From a virus (lineage: Duplodnaviria; Caudoviricetes), in the IMG/VR virus record IMGVR_UViG_3300027790_000066, positions 1 to 29,705 of that record: DNA of 29,705 nucleotides. One strand, given 5' to 3'. Shown one piece after another: positions 15,955-25,289 of the stretch; position 1 is the first letter of the stretch; each line of letters starts with the position of its first letter. The translations under genes were made by a program, and so were the position numbers. Below the pieces are notes generated by a model. That model saw only the letters and a list, made by a program, of their open reading frames with translations, was not told the origin of the DNA and ran no database searches.

Positions 15955-18248
15955 TGACCGACGACATTCTCAAAGGCGCGCTGGAGCGGTTCAAGGAATC
16001 GCAGGACGGCAGCGACTTCAACCGTGAAAATGCCTATGACGACATCCTTTTCGGGCGCATGGGCCAGCAATGGCCGGACAAGATCAAACGGCAGCGGCAG
16101 GAAGAGGGACGCCCCTGCCTGACGATCAACCGTATGCCGGCGTTTATCCGCCAGGTCATCAATGACGCCCGACAGAATAAACCATCAATCGTTACACATC
16201 CGGTAGACAACGGCGCGGACGAGGACACCAGCGAGGTTATCAACGGTATCCTGCGGTCCATCGAGCGCAACAGTCAGGCCGATGTAGCTTATGACACCGC
16301 AATCGATCACGCGGTATCAGGCGGGTTTGGCTTCTTCCGCATCAGTCTTGATTATGCACATGATGAATCTTTTGATCTGGAAGCAAGAATTGATCGGATA
16401 GCCAACCCGCTTTCTGTCCATTGGGATGTTAATTCCACGGAGTTCGACGCCTCGGATTGGGATTACGCCTTTGTCAGTGATTTCCTGACTGAAGAGGAAT
16501 TCAAAAACAAGTACCCGAAGGCCGATCCGGTATCGTTCGAAGGCGGACAGGTCGCCGACGACATGCAGTACTGGCTTGAGGACAACAAAACCCGTGTCGC
16601 CGAATACTGGCTGCGCGAGGAAGAGAAAAAGAAACTCTACCTGATCAGCGGCCCCAAGGGTGCGATGTCGGTACGTGAGGACGCCCTGCCGAAGATGGCG
16701 GAGGCGTTCTTGGCGCAGATGGGGCTGCCTGAAGGCGATGAAGACGAGATTGTCCGCTTTTACATGGAGCAGAACCAGCTTGAGATAGCCCGCACACGCG
16801 AGGTCGATGCCAAGTCGGTCACGCGCCGCATTATTTCGGGCGCGGAGGTGCTTGACGAGGAGCAATGGCCCGGCAGCATGATCCCGATTTGCCCTGTATG
16901 GGGCGAGGAAGTGTTCGCTGATGGCCGGCGTAACTTCCGGTCGATGATCCGCGATGCGCGCGATCCTCAGAACATGTTCAACTTCTGGCGGTCGGCAACA
17001 ACTGAACTGGTTGCGCTGGCCCCCAAGGCACCCTGGGTCGGCCCGCAGGGTTTTGTGCCTGAAGGACAGGAGAGCAAGTGGGAAAGCGCTAACACGCGGT
17101 CCCACGCTTATCTGGAGTTCGATCCGGCTGTAGGCGCGCCACAGCGCGATGCGTTCGCCGGGGTGCCCGCTGGTGCGTTGCAGGAGAGCCTGAACGCTGC
17201 GGACGACATGAAGGCGATTATCGGCATATACGACAGCAGTTTGGGGGCGCGGTCGAACGAGACCAGCGGCAAGGCGATCCTTGCCCGTCAGAAAGAGGCG
17301 GATGTCTCGAATTTCCACTTCATCGACAACCTGTCGCGGGCGATCCAGTACGCAGGGCGCTGCCTGGTTGAGATTATCCCGGCTGTGTATTCGGAGCGCC
17401 AGACGATCCGCATCCTCGGCGAGGACATGAAGGAGAAAGTCATCAAGTTGGGCCAGCAGTCCACGGATGGCGACAAACTCTATGACCTGTCGATAGGCCG
17501 CTATGACGTAACGGTAAAATCAGGGCCGTCGTTCTCGACGCAGCGCGAAGAGACCCGGGAGACGCTGATTGAAATCATGCGCGCTGTCCCCGGTGCCGGC
17601 CAGTATGTCGGCGATATCCTGCTTGAGCATATGGATTTCCAGGGGGCCGACAAGGTTGCCAAGCGTCTCCGCATGTTGCTGCCGCAGAACGTACAGGACG
17701 CCGAGAACGCCGAAGCCCGCGAGGATATACCCGAAGAGGCCCGCGGCGCGATCATGCAGCTTGAAGGCGTTAACAAGCAGCTACAGGGCCAGTTACAGCA
17801 GATGCAGCAGGCGCTTGAGTCCGAGCAGGGCAAGGTGCAGGCCGACATGCAGAAAATGCAGATGGAGCGCGAATCAGACGCGGCGAAGTTCAACCTGGAC
17901 GCAGAGAAGACGCAGGCCGAACTTGAACTGAAGGCCCGTGATATCGCGCTGAAGGAGCGCCACCAGGAGTTTGTAGAGATGCAGGCCGCGCTGGATGCGG
18001 AAGAGAAGGCCCGCACCGCGATGGTGTCCGAGCAGGAGACCGGGCAGCGCATGGAAACGGAAGCCAAGTGGCAGGACACCGCGAACGCCTTGCAGATGCT
18101 TGTGCAGAAGATGGCGGATAGCGACGCGGTGGCGCAGCAGCGTCACGACGAGGTTATGTCGGTGGCGACTGCGCCCAAGACGGTTCAATTCGAGCGAGGC
18201 CCTGACGGGTTGATCGCCGGGGCTACGCAGGAGGTGGCCCCACTGTAA
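15954..18248 (+). CDS. P22-like portal protein
   Basis: GQQWP...RPCLTINR, NETSGKAILARQ and YDVTVKSGPSFSTQR; long C-terminal coiled-coil barrel. Confidence 0.95.
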   Translation: MTDDILKGALERFKESQDGSDFNRENAYDDILFGRMGQQWPDKIKRQRQEEGRPCLTINRMPAFIRQVINDARQNKPSIVTHPVDNGADEDTSEVINGILRSIERNSQADVAYDTAIDHAVSGGFGFFRISLDYAHDESFDLEARIDRIANPLSVHWDVNSTEFDASDWDYAFVSDFLTEEEFKNKYPKADPVSFEGGQVADDMQYWLEDNKTRVAEYWLREEEKKKLYLISGPKGAMSVREDALPKMAEAFLAQMGLPEGDEDEIVRFYMEQNQLEIARTREVDAKSVTRRIISGAEVLDEEQWPGSMIPICPVWGEEVFADGRRNFRSMIRDARDPQNMFNFWRSATTELVALAPKAPWVGPQGFVPEGQESKWESANTRSHAYLEFDPAVGAPQRDAFAGVPAGALQESLNAADDMKAIIGIYDSSLGARSNETSGKAILARQKEADVSNFHFIDNLSRAIQYAGRCLVEIIPAVYSERQTIRILGEDMKEKVIKLGQQSTDGDKLYDLSIGRYDVTVKSGPSFSTQREETRETLIEIMRAVPGAGQYVGDILLEHMDFQGADKVAKRLRMLLPQNVQDAENAEAREDIPEEARGAIMQLEGVNKQLQGQLQQMQQALESEQGKVQADMQKMQMERESDAAKFNLDAEKTQAELELKARDIALKERHQEFVEMQAALDAEEKARTAMVSEQETGQRMETEAKWQDTANALQMLVQKMADSDAVAQQRHDEVMSVATAPKTVQFERGPDGLIAGATQEVAPL

Positions 18249-18269
18249 TTCCTGCGGTTGCAGGTACCC

Positions 18270-18283
18270 GCGTCGTGAGACGC
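18270..18283 (+). promoter_or_regulatory. Repeated leader hairpin GCGTCGTGAGACGC, copy 1
   Basis: Identical copy at 27630 and variant at 19261. Confidence 0.6.
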
Positions 18284-18309
18284 ACCTTTCCCTTAGATGG
18301 AGACTACAG

Positions 18310-19245
18310 ATGACCGAAGAAATCGCGGCAGCCGAAGACGGAGCCGACGAAATCGAGGAAGTGACGGCTGATGAGGTTGAAGAGACCGAACCGGAGGCCG
18401 TTGAAGAGACCGCCGAAGATATCGAAGAAACCGACGATGAGGAATCCGAAGAAGAGGATACCGAAGAGCCGGAAGAGATCGAACTTGATTACGGCGGCAA
18501 CAAATTCCGGGTGGCGAAAGACGCCCTGCCGGAAGAAGTAGCGACCAAGCTGGACGAGTTTCTGAAAGGCTCCTGGCGGTCGCACACCGAAAAAAGCATG
18601 GAAGTCGCGGAGCAGCGCAAGGCTTTGGAAGCACAGGAACGTGCAGTCCAGAACCTCGGCAGCCTTCAAGGCGAAATGCTTGAGAAATTTTCTCACGGCC
18701 AATCGGTCAAAAAAGAGTTGCAGGAACTAAAGCAGATTGACCTGCCCGCCTTGTGGACGTCCAACCCGGATGAAGCACGGCAGGTGTCGGATTACATCTC
18801 TGCCAAGGAAGCTGAACTCAACGCAGTCGCCGGTGAAGTTTCACAGCACGAACAGCAATTGCGCCAGGCGCAGGCGGAGGAATTCGCCAGGCGTTCCGAG
18901 GAAGGCAAGAAGCTTGTGCTGAGCCGTATACCGGATTTTCCCGCTCGGGAAGCCGAGGTTATCGACTATGCCATACAGAGTTATGGCGTATCGGAGGCCG
19001 ACGCGAAGAACTGGGCCGCCAATCCGGTTGCGACCGAAGCGATGTACAAGGCGATGATGTACGACCGTTCGCAGGAAGCTGCGAAGAAGGCCGCGAAACC
19101 CAAGCCCGCCGATGCCAAGCCTGTCAAGCCCGTGAAGGGCAAGACGCCGGGAAGACCGAAACTCGACCTGGTGAAAGACGCGGACAAAATGTCGGCCGAT
19201 GAATGGCTGGCCAAGCGGAATCAGCAATTGAAGCAGCGGGCCTGA
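18310..19245 (+). CDS. Scaffolding protein
   Basis: Very acidic N-terminus and helical body; lies between portal and coat. Confidence 0.88.
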   Translation: MTEEIAAAEDGADEIEEVTADEVEETEPEAVEETAEDIEETDDEESEEEDTEEPEEIELDYGGNKFRVAKDALPEEVATKLDEFLKGSWRSHTEKSMEVAEQRKALEAQERAVQNLGSLQGEMLEKFSHGQSVKKELQELKQIDLPALWTSNPDEARQVSDYISAKEAELNAVAGEVSQHEQQLRQAQAEEFARRSEEGKKLVLSRIPDFPAREAEVIDYAIQSYGVSEADAKNWAANPVATEAMYKAMMYDRSQEAAKKAAKPKPADAKPVKPVKGKTPGRPKLDLVKDADKMSADEWLAKRNQQLKQRA

Positions 19246-19260
19246 GAAGCCCGTCAAGCA

Positions 19261-19275
19261 GCGTCGTGATGACGC
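19261..19275 (+). promoter_or_regulatory. Repeated leader hairpin GCGTCGTGATGACGC, copy 2
   Basis: One-base loop insertion relative to copies 1 and 3. Confidence 0.55.
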
Positions 19276-19301
19276 CGCGCTTCCTATCAATGGAGGTCTA
19301 A

Positions 19302-20492
19302 ATGGCCAATTCGATCCTCACTCCCACGGCGGTAACGCGTGAAGCGCTCCGCATCCTTCACCAGAAGCTAAACTTCATCGGCAAAATCAATCGCCAGTAT
19401 GACAGCAGCTACGCACAGTCCGGTGCGAAAATCGGCGACAGCCTCAAAATCCGGCTGCCGAACGAATACACGGTCCGTACCGGCGCAACCCTGTCCGCAC
19501 AGGACACCACGGAAACCAGCAAGACTTTGCAGGTATCCACGCAGAAAGGCGTTGACGTCAATTTCTCGTCTGTCGAACTTACGATGGACCTGGATGACTT
19601 CTCCGAGCGTGTTCTTGATCCGGCCATGTCCGTGCTTGCCGCCAATGTCGAGGCGGACGCCATGAACATGTACAAGGATGTTTACAACCAGGTGAACAAC
19701 CTTGGTTCCGCGGCCACGCTGAAAAAGATGCTGGACGGCTCCAAAGTCCTGACGGACAATCTCGCGCCGATCTCCGATCGCTGCCTGAACATGAACACGA
19801 CCGACAACGTCGACCTGGTTGATGCTGTCAAGGGCCTGTTCAACGACCCGGCGAAGATCAGCAAAAACTACCGCGAGGGCATGGTTGCGAATGACTTCCT
19901 CGGTTACAAAGAGGTGTTCCAGAACACCCTGTGGCCGAACCATGCATCGGGTACGGATGACGGCACGGGCGATTACCTCGTCAATGGCGGTTCGCAGGAC
20001 GGCGCAAGCCTGACAATCGATACCGGCGCAGGCACGCTGCTCGAAGGCGATATCTTCACCATTGCCAACGTTAACCGGGTCCACCCGGAAACCAAGGCCG
20101 ATACCGGCGTACTCCAGCAGTTCGTCGTCACGGCATCGACCGGCACCAGTGCTACGTCGGTTTCCATCAGCCCGTCCATTGTCACCTCGGGCGCGAGTCA
20201 GAACGTGGCGGCGGGTCCGGCTGATAACGCGGCCATCACCAAGATCGGTGGCGCATCCGATACCTATGGTATCTCGATGGGCTTCCACAAGGACGCGTTT
20301 GCTTTCGCAACGGCCGACCTTGTGATGCCGTCCGGCGTTGATTTCTCGGCTCGGGAAGTTATGGACGGTGTATCGATGCGGATCGTCCGCCAGTACGACA
20401 TCAATAACGACAAGTTCCCTTGCCGTATTGATCTTCTGTACGGCTACGAAACGCTCCGCGCGCAGCTTGCGACACGCTACGCGAACAACTGA
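19302..20492 (+). CDS. P22-family major capsid (coat) protein
   Basis: MANSILTPTAVTREAL, AKIGDSLKIRLP, FHKDAFAFATADL and RIDLLYGY motifs. Confidence 0.95.
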   Translation: MANSILTPTAVTREALRILHQKLNFIGKINRQYDSSYAQSGAKIGDSLKIRLPNEYTVRTGATLSAQDTTETSKTLQVSTQKGVDVNFSSVELTMDLDDFSERVLDPAMSVLAANVEADAMNMYKDVYNQVNNLGSAATLKKMLDGSKVLTDNLAPISDRCLNMNTTDNVDLVDAVKGLFNDPAKISKNYREGMVANDFLGYKEVFQNTLWPNHASGTDDGTGDYLVNGGSQDGASLTIDTGAGTLLEGDIFTIANVNRVHPETKADTGVLQQFVVTASTGTSATSVSISPSIVTSGASQNVAAGPADNAAITKIGGASDTYGISMGFHKDAFAFATADLVMPSGVDFSAREVMDGVSMRIVRQYDINNDKFPCRIDLLYGYETLRAQLATRYANN

Positions 20493-20499
20493 GTCTAGG

Positions 20500-20528
20500 G
20501 GGAGGGGCTTCGGTCCCTCCCTTCTTTT
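20500..20528 (+). terminator. Intrinsic terminator after the coat gene
   Basis: GGGAGGGGC-TTCG-GTCCCTCCC-TTCTTTT. Confidence 0.88.
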
Positions 20529-20540
20529 CAGGGTTATCAC

Positions 20541-21257
20541 ATGACATTGCTGAGCATGGTTGAGGCCGCTGCCGACGAGATAGGCACGGGCAACCGCCCC
20601 ACGTCCGTAATCGCAAACACCGCGCCGGATGTGCAGAAATACCTGCGTCTGCTGCACAAGGTCGGAAACCGGCTGCGTGTTGTGTTCGCGTGGCAGGCCC
20701 TCACCGAGGAGCGGACCTTCACAGCAACATCCGGCGAGTTGCAAACATCTGCTCTGCCGACCGATTTCGACCGGTTCGTCAAAGAAACGTTTTGGGACCG
20801 CACGAACGTAAACCTTGTCTCTGGCCCGGTCGGGGCGACCGAGTGGCAGGGCATGAAGGCCACGAACTATGGCGACACCGCGAACAGGAAAGTGCGACAT
20901 CGCGGCAACGCTCTACACATCCTGCCGGCCATGTCCGGCGGGGAATCGATGGCGTTCGAATACGTCTCGAAGAACTGGATCGATACGAACCAGGACGGGG
21001 TGGGCGATACCTCGGTGTTCGAGGCGGACGACGACACGACATTGCTGGACGAGGAACTTCTAACCCTTGGCCTGATATTCGAATTCCTGGAGACCGAGGG
21101 GCTGCCCGCGAACAAGGCGGCGGTCGAATACGAGCAGCGGTTTAACCAGCTTGTGCGAAACGATCAGCCCAATGCGAAGGTGCTGGTTGCCGGGGATATC
21201 TTCGGCGGCGGCAGGCACTTCTCGGGCGCACCGACTGTCAGCGGGACGACTATCTGA
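20541..21257 (+). CDS. Head-tail adaptor (tail tubular protein A-like)
   Basis: MTLLSMV, WQAL and ALPTDFDRFV motifs; position after the coat gene. Confidence 0.75.
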   Translation: MTLLSMVEAAADEIGTGNRPTSVIANTAPDVQKYLRLLHKVGNRLRVVFAWQALTEERTFTATSGELQTSALPTDFDRFVKETFWDRTNVNLVSGPVGATEWQGMKATNYGDTANRKVRHRGNALHILPAMSGGESMAFEYVSKNWIDTNQDGVGDTSVFEADDDTTLLDEELLTLGLIFEFLETEGLPANKAAVEYEQRFNQLVRNDQPNAKVLVAGDIFGGGRHFSGAPTVSGTTI

Positions 21258-22768
21258 TGTCAGCCCGTTCCGCATCCAAACAGGCTCCGGTCGGCGGTTG
21301 GGATACGCGTGAGGCGCTGGCGGACATGCCGAAAGACCGCGCGCCGATTATGGATAACTGGTTTCCGAGTACGGACCGGTTGACGGTGCGACGGGGCTAC
21401 GAATCCTATGCAACGGGCATGTCGGGGGCGATTGAGAGCCTCCTGCGGTATTCGCCGAAAAGTGGATCCGATGAACTGTTCGCCGCGAATGACGGCAAGA
21501 TTTACGATGTCAGCGATAGCGGGGCAGTGGGGGCGGCGAAGGTCTCGTCTCTGTCAAACGACCGCTGGCAGCAGGCGCAGCTCGGCACGACGAGCAACCA
21601 TTACCTGTTCGCCTTCAACGGCACAGACACGCCTCGCCTGTACGATGGCACCACATGGGGAACGACGACCTTTACCGGCCCGACGGTCGCCAACCTGATT
21701 TGGGGCAACCTGCATCAGCGGCGCTTGTGGTTCGGTGAGGAAAACAGTCTATCGGCATGGTATCTGGCGGTTAATTCGATCGCCGGCACAGCGGCGGAAT
21801 TCAGCCTTGCCGGCGTTGCCACGCTTGGCGGCTACCTGATGGGAATGGGGACGTGGAGCCGTGATGCCGGAGACGGCGCGGACGATGTGGCCGTATTCCT
21901 AACCTCTGAGGGCGAAGCGATTGTCTACCGGGGCACCAACCCTGCCTCCGCCGCCGATTGGGCGCTTGTGGGGGTGTTTCGGATCGGCAAGCCGATAGGC
22001 CGGCGTTGCATGATAAAGCACGGCGCTGACCTGATTATGGTGACGGAGGACGGGTTTGTTTCGGCGAACAGCATCCTCAGTCTTGACCGGGCGCAGGCGG
22101 AGCTAGGGGCGCTCTCGGCGCAGATAAACAAGGCGGTTAACGACGCGGTGCGGTCGAAGGGGTCTTTATTCGGGTGGGAGCCTTTCCTGTACCCGCGCGG
22201 CACCATGATGATGTTCAATATCCCGCAATCGGCGACGGCCTCGCATCAATACGTGTTCAATACGATCACGGGCGCGCCGTGCAGATTCACGAATATCAAT
22301 GCTGTTTGCTGGCAGTTGATGAATGACGACGCCTATTTCGGCGGCGCTGACGGCGTTGTTTACAAGGCGGATACCGGATCGTCGGATAACGCGACCGATA
22401 TCGAGGCAGATTGCCTGGAGGCGTTCGACTATTTCGGATCGCCCGGGACGAACAAGGCTTTCAAGATGGCCGAGCCTATTTTCGAGGCAGACGGCCCGCC
22501 ATCTCCGGCGCTTGATATGAATGTCGATTTTACGGTTGCGACCCCTCTTGCGCAGGCCGTGGCATCACCGTCCACAAACCTCGCCCGGTGGGATGAGGCA
22601 TTGTGGGATGAGGCGGATTGGGGCGGTGCTGACTTGGTGTACCGGGGTTGGCGCGGTATTCGAGGAATAGGGCGTTCTGGCGCGCTCCGGGTGCGGATTT
22701 GCACGCAGACGAACGCCGTGTCGTGGATCGCGACGAACTACACGTATGTGCCTGGCGGGATGCTGTGA
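21257..22768 (+). CDS. Head closure/tail hub protein (P22 gp10 or tail tubular B analogue)
   Basis: APVGGWD start, beta-propeller-like composition, WDEALWDEADWG; synteny. Confidence 0.75.
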   Translation: MSARSASKQAPVGGWDTREALADMPKDRAPIMDNWFPSTDRLTVRRGYESYATGMSGAIESLLRYSPKSGSDELFAANDGKIYDVSDSGAVGAAKVSSLSNDRWQQAQLGTTSNHYLFAFNGTDTPRLYDGTTWGTTTFTGPTVANLIWGNLHQRRLWFGEENSLSAWYLAVNSIAGTAAEFSLAGVATLGGYLMGMGTWSRDAGDGADDVAVFLTSEGEAIVYRGTNPASAADWALVGVFRIGKPIGRRCMIKHGADLIMVTEDGFVSANSILSLDRAQAELGALSAQINKAVNDAVRSKGSLFGWEPFLYPRGTMMMFNIPQSATASHQYVFNTITGAPCRFTNINAVCWQLMNDDAYFGGADGVVYKADTGSSDNATDIEADCLEAFDYFGSPGTNKAFKMAEPIFEADGPPSPALDMNVDFTVATPLAQAVASPSTNLARWDEALWDEADWGGADLVYRGWRGIRGIGRSGALRVRICTQTNAVSWIATNYTYVPGGML

Positions 22769-23202
22769 ACCTTATATATGGCTATGACGAAGTCGTGGCG
22801 GAGTGGGTGGCAGAGCGTATACCGCATGTGGGTGCGTCGGGGTTTGGGCTGTGCTCCGCTATTGGAATTGCGACGGACACTGCCCTGATCGGCGGCATGG
22901 TCTATCACGACTATCAGGAAGAGTTCGGGACTATCCAGCTAAGCATTGCGACGACCTCCCCAATGTGGGCGAGGAAAGAGATTATCCGTGACCTGCTGGC
23001 GTATCCGTTCTTCCAGCTTGATTGCTTCAAGGTTTGGGCCGCCGTCCCTGCGGATAACGAGCCAGCCATCAAAACAAATATCCACGCCGGCTTCACAAAA
23101 GAAGCTGTTTTAGCACACCAGTTCGGGCGAAAGCGTCACGCGGTTATCTGCCGGATGCTCAAGACGGACTTCATCAAAAAATACGGATTATCCAATGGGT
23201 AA
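22765..23202 (+). CDS. GNAT-fold protein in the podovirus morphogenesis module
   Basis: YPFFQLDC and NEPAIKTNIHAGFTKEAVL; start at GTG 22765. Confidence 0.75.
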   Translation: MNLIYGYDEVVAEWVAERIPHVGASGFGLCSAIGIATDTALIGGMVYHDYQEEFGTIQLSIATTSPMWARKEIIRDLLAYPFFQLDCFKVWAAVPADNEPAIKTNIHAGFTKEAVLAHQFGRKRHAVICRMLKTDFIKKYGLSNG

Positions 23203-24067
23203 GAAATCATCGACCGCCCCGGCTGCGCCTGACCCGGCAGCGACTGCGGCAGCACAAGCTACCGCCAACAAAGAAACCGCGATTGCCAACGCGAATATCA
23301 ACATGGTCGATCAGATCACGCCCTATGGTGATCTCAAGTTTTCCGAGCGCGGGGAAGCGTCAGACGGCACGCCGCAATACACGGCGACACAGACGCTTGC
23401 GCCCGATCAGCAGCGCCAACTGGACCTGACGAACCAGGCTGGCATCAAGTACGGTGAGACGGCGAATGCACAGCTAGGGAATGTCTCCGAAAAGTTGTCT
23501 GCGCCGCTGAGCTTCGATCATCTCGGGGCCGCGCCGACGATAAACGAGGATACCCGCCAATCCGTCCGGGACAGCATGATGGGGCGGCTTAACGAGGATT
23601 TTGCGCGCGATGAGGATTCGCTGCGGACGCGCCTGGTTAACCAGGGCCTCAATGTTGGCACGGAAGCCTATGATCGCGAATTCGACCTGCTGAACCGCGG
23701 TAAGAACGACGCACGGCTCGCCGTGGACAACCAGGCGCTTTCACAGGCGGGGCAGTTGTACGGGCTGGAGAGTTCCGCCCGCAATTCGGCCATCAATGAA
23801 CTTTCGATGGCACGACAGCAGCCGTTGAACGAACTGGCAGCGATGCTTTCCGGCTCGCAGGTGCAAGGCCCGCAGTTTGTGAATACGCCACAGACGAACA
23901 TGGCCGCCCCGGACCTGTTGGGCGCGACCTATGCGAGCCATAACAGCGCGCTGAACAATTACAATCAGGGGCAGGCCAATAACAACGCCATGATGGGCGG
24001 GTTGTTCGGATTGGGCGGTTCTATCTTGTCGGGCGGTTCTATGCCCGGCGGTTTCTTGGGATTCTGA
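23195..24067 (+). CDS. DNA ejection/internal virion protein 1
   Basis: MGKKSSTAPAAPDP start, QITPYG motif, Gly-rich hydrophobic C-terminus. Confidence 0.75.
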   Translation: MGKKSSTAPAAPDPAATAAAQATANKETAIANANINMVDQITPYGDLKFSERGEASDGTPQYTATQTLAPDQQRQLDLTNQAGIKYGETANAQLGNVSEKLSAPLSFDHLGAAPTINEDTRQSVRDSMMGRLNEDFARDEDSLRTRLVNQGLNVGTEAYDREFDLLNRGKNDARLAVDNQALSQAGQLYGLESSARNSAINELSMARQQPLNELAAMLSGSQVQGPQFVNTPQTNMAAPDLLGATYASHNSALNNYNQGQANNNAMMGGLFGLGGSILSGGSMPGGFLGF

Positions 24068-24068
24068 T

Positions 24069-25289
24069 ATGCTTAAACTCCCCGGTTCTCAGTACATCGA
24101 TCCGCGCTTGCAGCTTTCGCAGCAGCTAATCACGCAAGGCACAGATACATCACCGGTTCAGCATTTGACGCAGGGCCTCGCCCGCATGGCGCAGGCGGGT
24201 CTTGGCGGGTATATGCGCGGGAAGGCCGTAAGGGACCGTGACAGCGCCCGTGAAGCGATGCTGCGCGGCCTGAGCGCGAGACAATGGGATATCCCTGAAG
24301 GCGAAATCGTTCTCAGCGCAGACGGCTACGAGATGGAACCGGGAGAGGCTGAACGCAATGCGGCGCCTGCGGGCGGTTATGCCGGCGCACTGGCTGCACT
24401 GAACGGCCTGAAGGGTAACCCTAACGCCGCAGCGATGGCGCCGCATTTGGCGCTACAGGATTTTCACCAGCGCCAGGCAATGCAGCAGAAGGTGGCAGAC
24501 CGGAAGGCGGCGCTTGGCGACGCGAAGGAAATCGCGAAGTTCAAGGCCAATCTAAAGCGGCTTGGCACCGGGCCGTTTCAGGGCAAGGGAATGGACGCGC
24601 AGTCAATCAACATGGTTCTCAATGGTGATCCGTCCAGCCCTGCCTATCAGGCGGCGTATGCACGTTTGGCAGCACCTCAAATCACGATCAACCCGCAGAC
24701 CGGAGCGCAATCGGTTATTCAGCCGGATATGTCATGGGCGCGGAAGCCGCCGGGGCTGGCCGGTAGCGCGCCGCGACAGAATACGGCGGGTGAAACGCAG
24801 AACTTCCCCGGCGCGTCCGTGACGACCAAGGCGGGAGAGAAGCCTTTGACGGCGGACCAGTCCAAATCAGCGACATTCGCCGACAGAATGGCTGCCGCTT
24901 CAAAGATACTCAGTAAATACGAAAACCAGGGGACAAGTGCGAAGGGCAAGGCACTTTCGTTCTTCGGCAGTGTCGGCAATCTCGCGCAATCCGAAGAATA
25001 TCAGCTATACGACCAGGCGGCGAAGGATTGGGTGACCGCGAATCTGCGTAAAGAGTCCGGCGCGGTGATCGGCGTTGAAGAGATGGAGCAGGAGGTAGAA
25101 AAGTACTTCCCGCGCCCCGGCGACGGCCCCGAGGTTATCAAACGAAAACGCGAGGCACGTGCTATCGCCGAAAAAGGCATGTCCCGCGCCGCAGGCAGCC
25201 AATACAAGGGCAAGGTGCAAAATGCGCCGAAGGGTAAATTCAAACTCTCGCCGCAGGTGGAAGCCGATATGCAGAAGTATCTTAAATGA
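24069..25289 (+). CDS. DNA ejection/internal virion protein 2
   Basis: GLARMAQAGLGG and LRKESGAVIG...YFPRPGD motifs; synteny. Confidence 0.7.
   Translation: MLKLPGSQYIDPRLQLSQQLITQGTDTSPVQHLTQGLARMAQAGLGGYMRGKAVRDRDSAREAMLRGLSARQWDIPEGEIVLSADGYEMEPGEAERNAAPAGGYAGALAALNGLKGNPNAAAMAPHLALQDFHQRQAMQQKVADRKAALGDAKEIAKFKANLKRLGTGPFQGKGMDAQSINMVLNGDPSSPAYQAAYARLAAPQITINPQTGAQSVIQPDMSWARKPPGLAGSAPRQNTAGETQNFPGASVTTKAGEKPLTADQSKSATFADRMAAASKILSKYENQGTSAKGKALSFFGSVGNLAQSEEYQLYDQAAKDWVTANLRKESGAVIGVEEMEQEVEKYFPRPGDGPEVIKRKREARAIAEKGMSRAAGSQYKGKVQNAPKGKFKLSPQVEADMQKYLK

Noticed and set aside
16317-17318. 333-aa minus-strand ORF and similar long antisense ORFs (1613-2377, 15047-15799)
   Set aside because: Shadows of well-supported genes in GC-rich DNA
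19368-20900. 510-aa minus-strand ORF
   Set aside because: Antisense shadow of the codon-biased coat gene; no motifs
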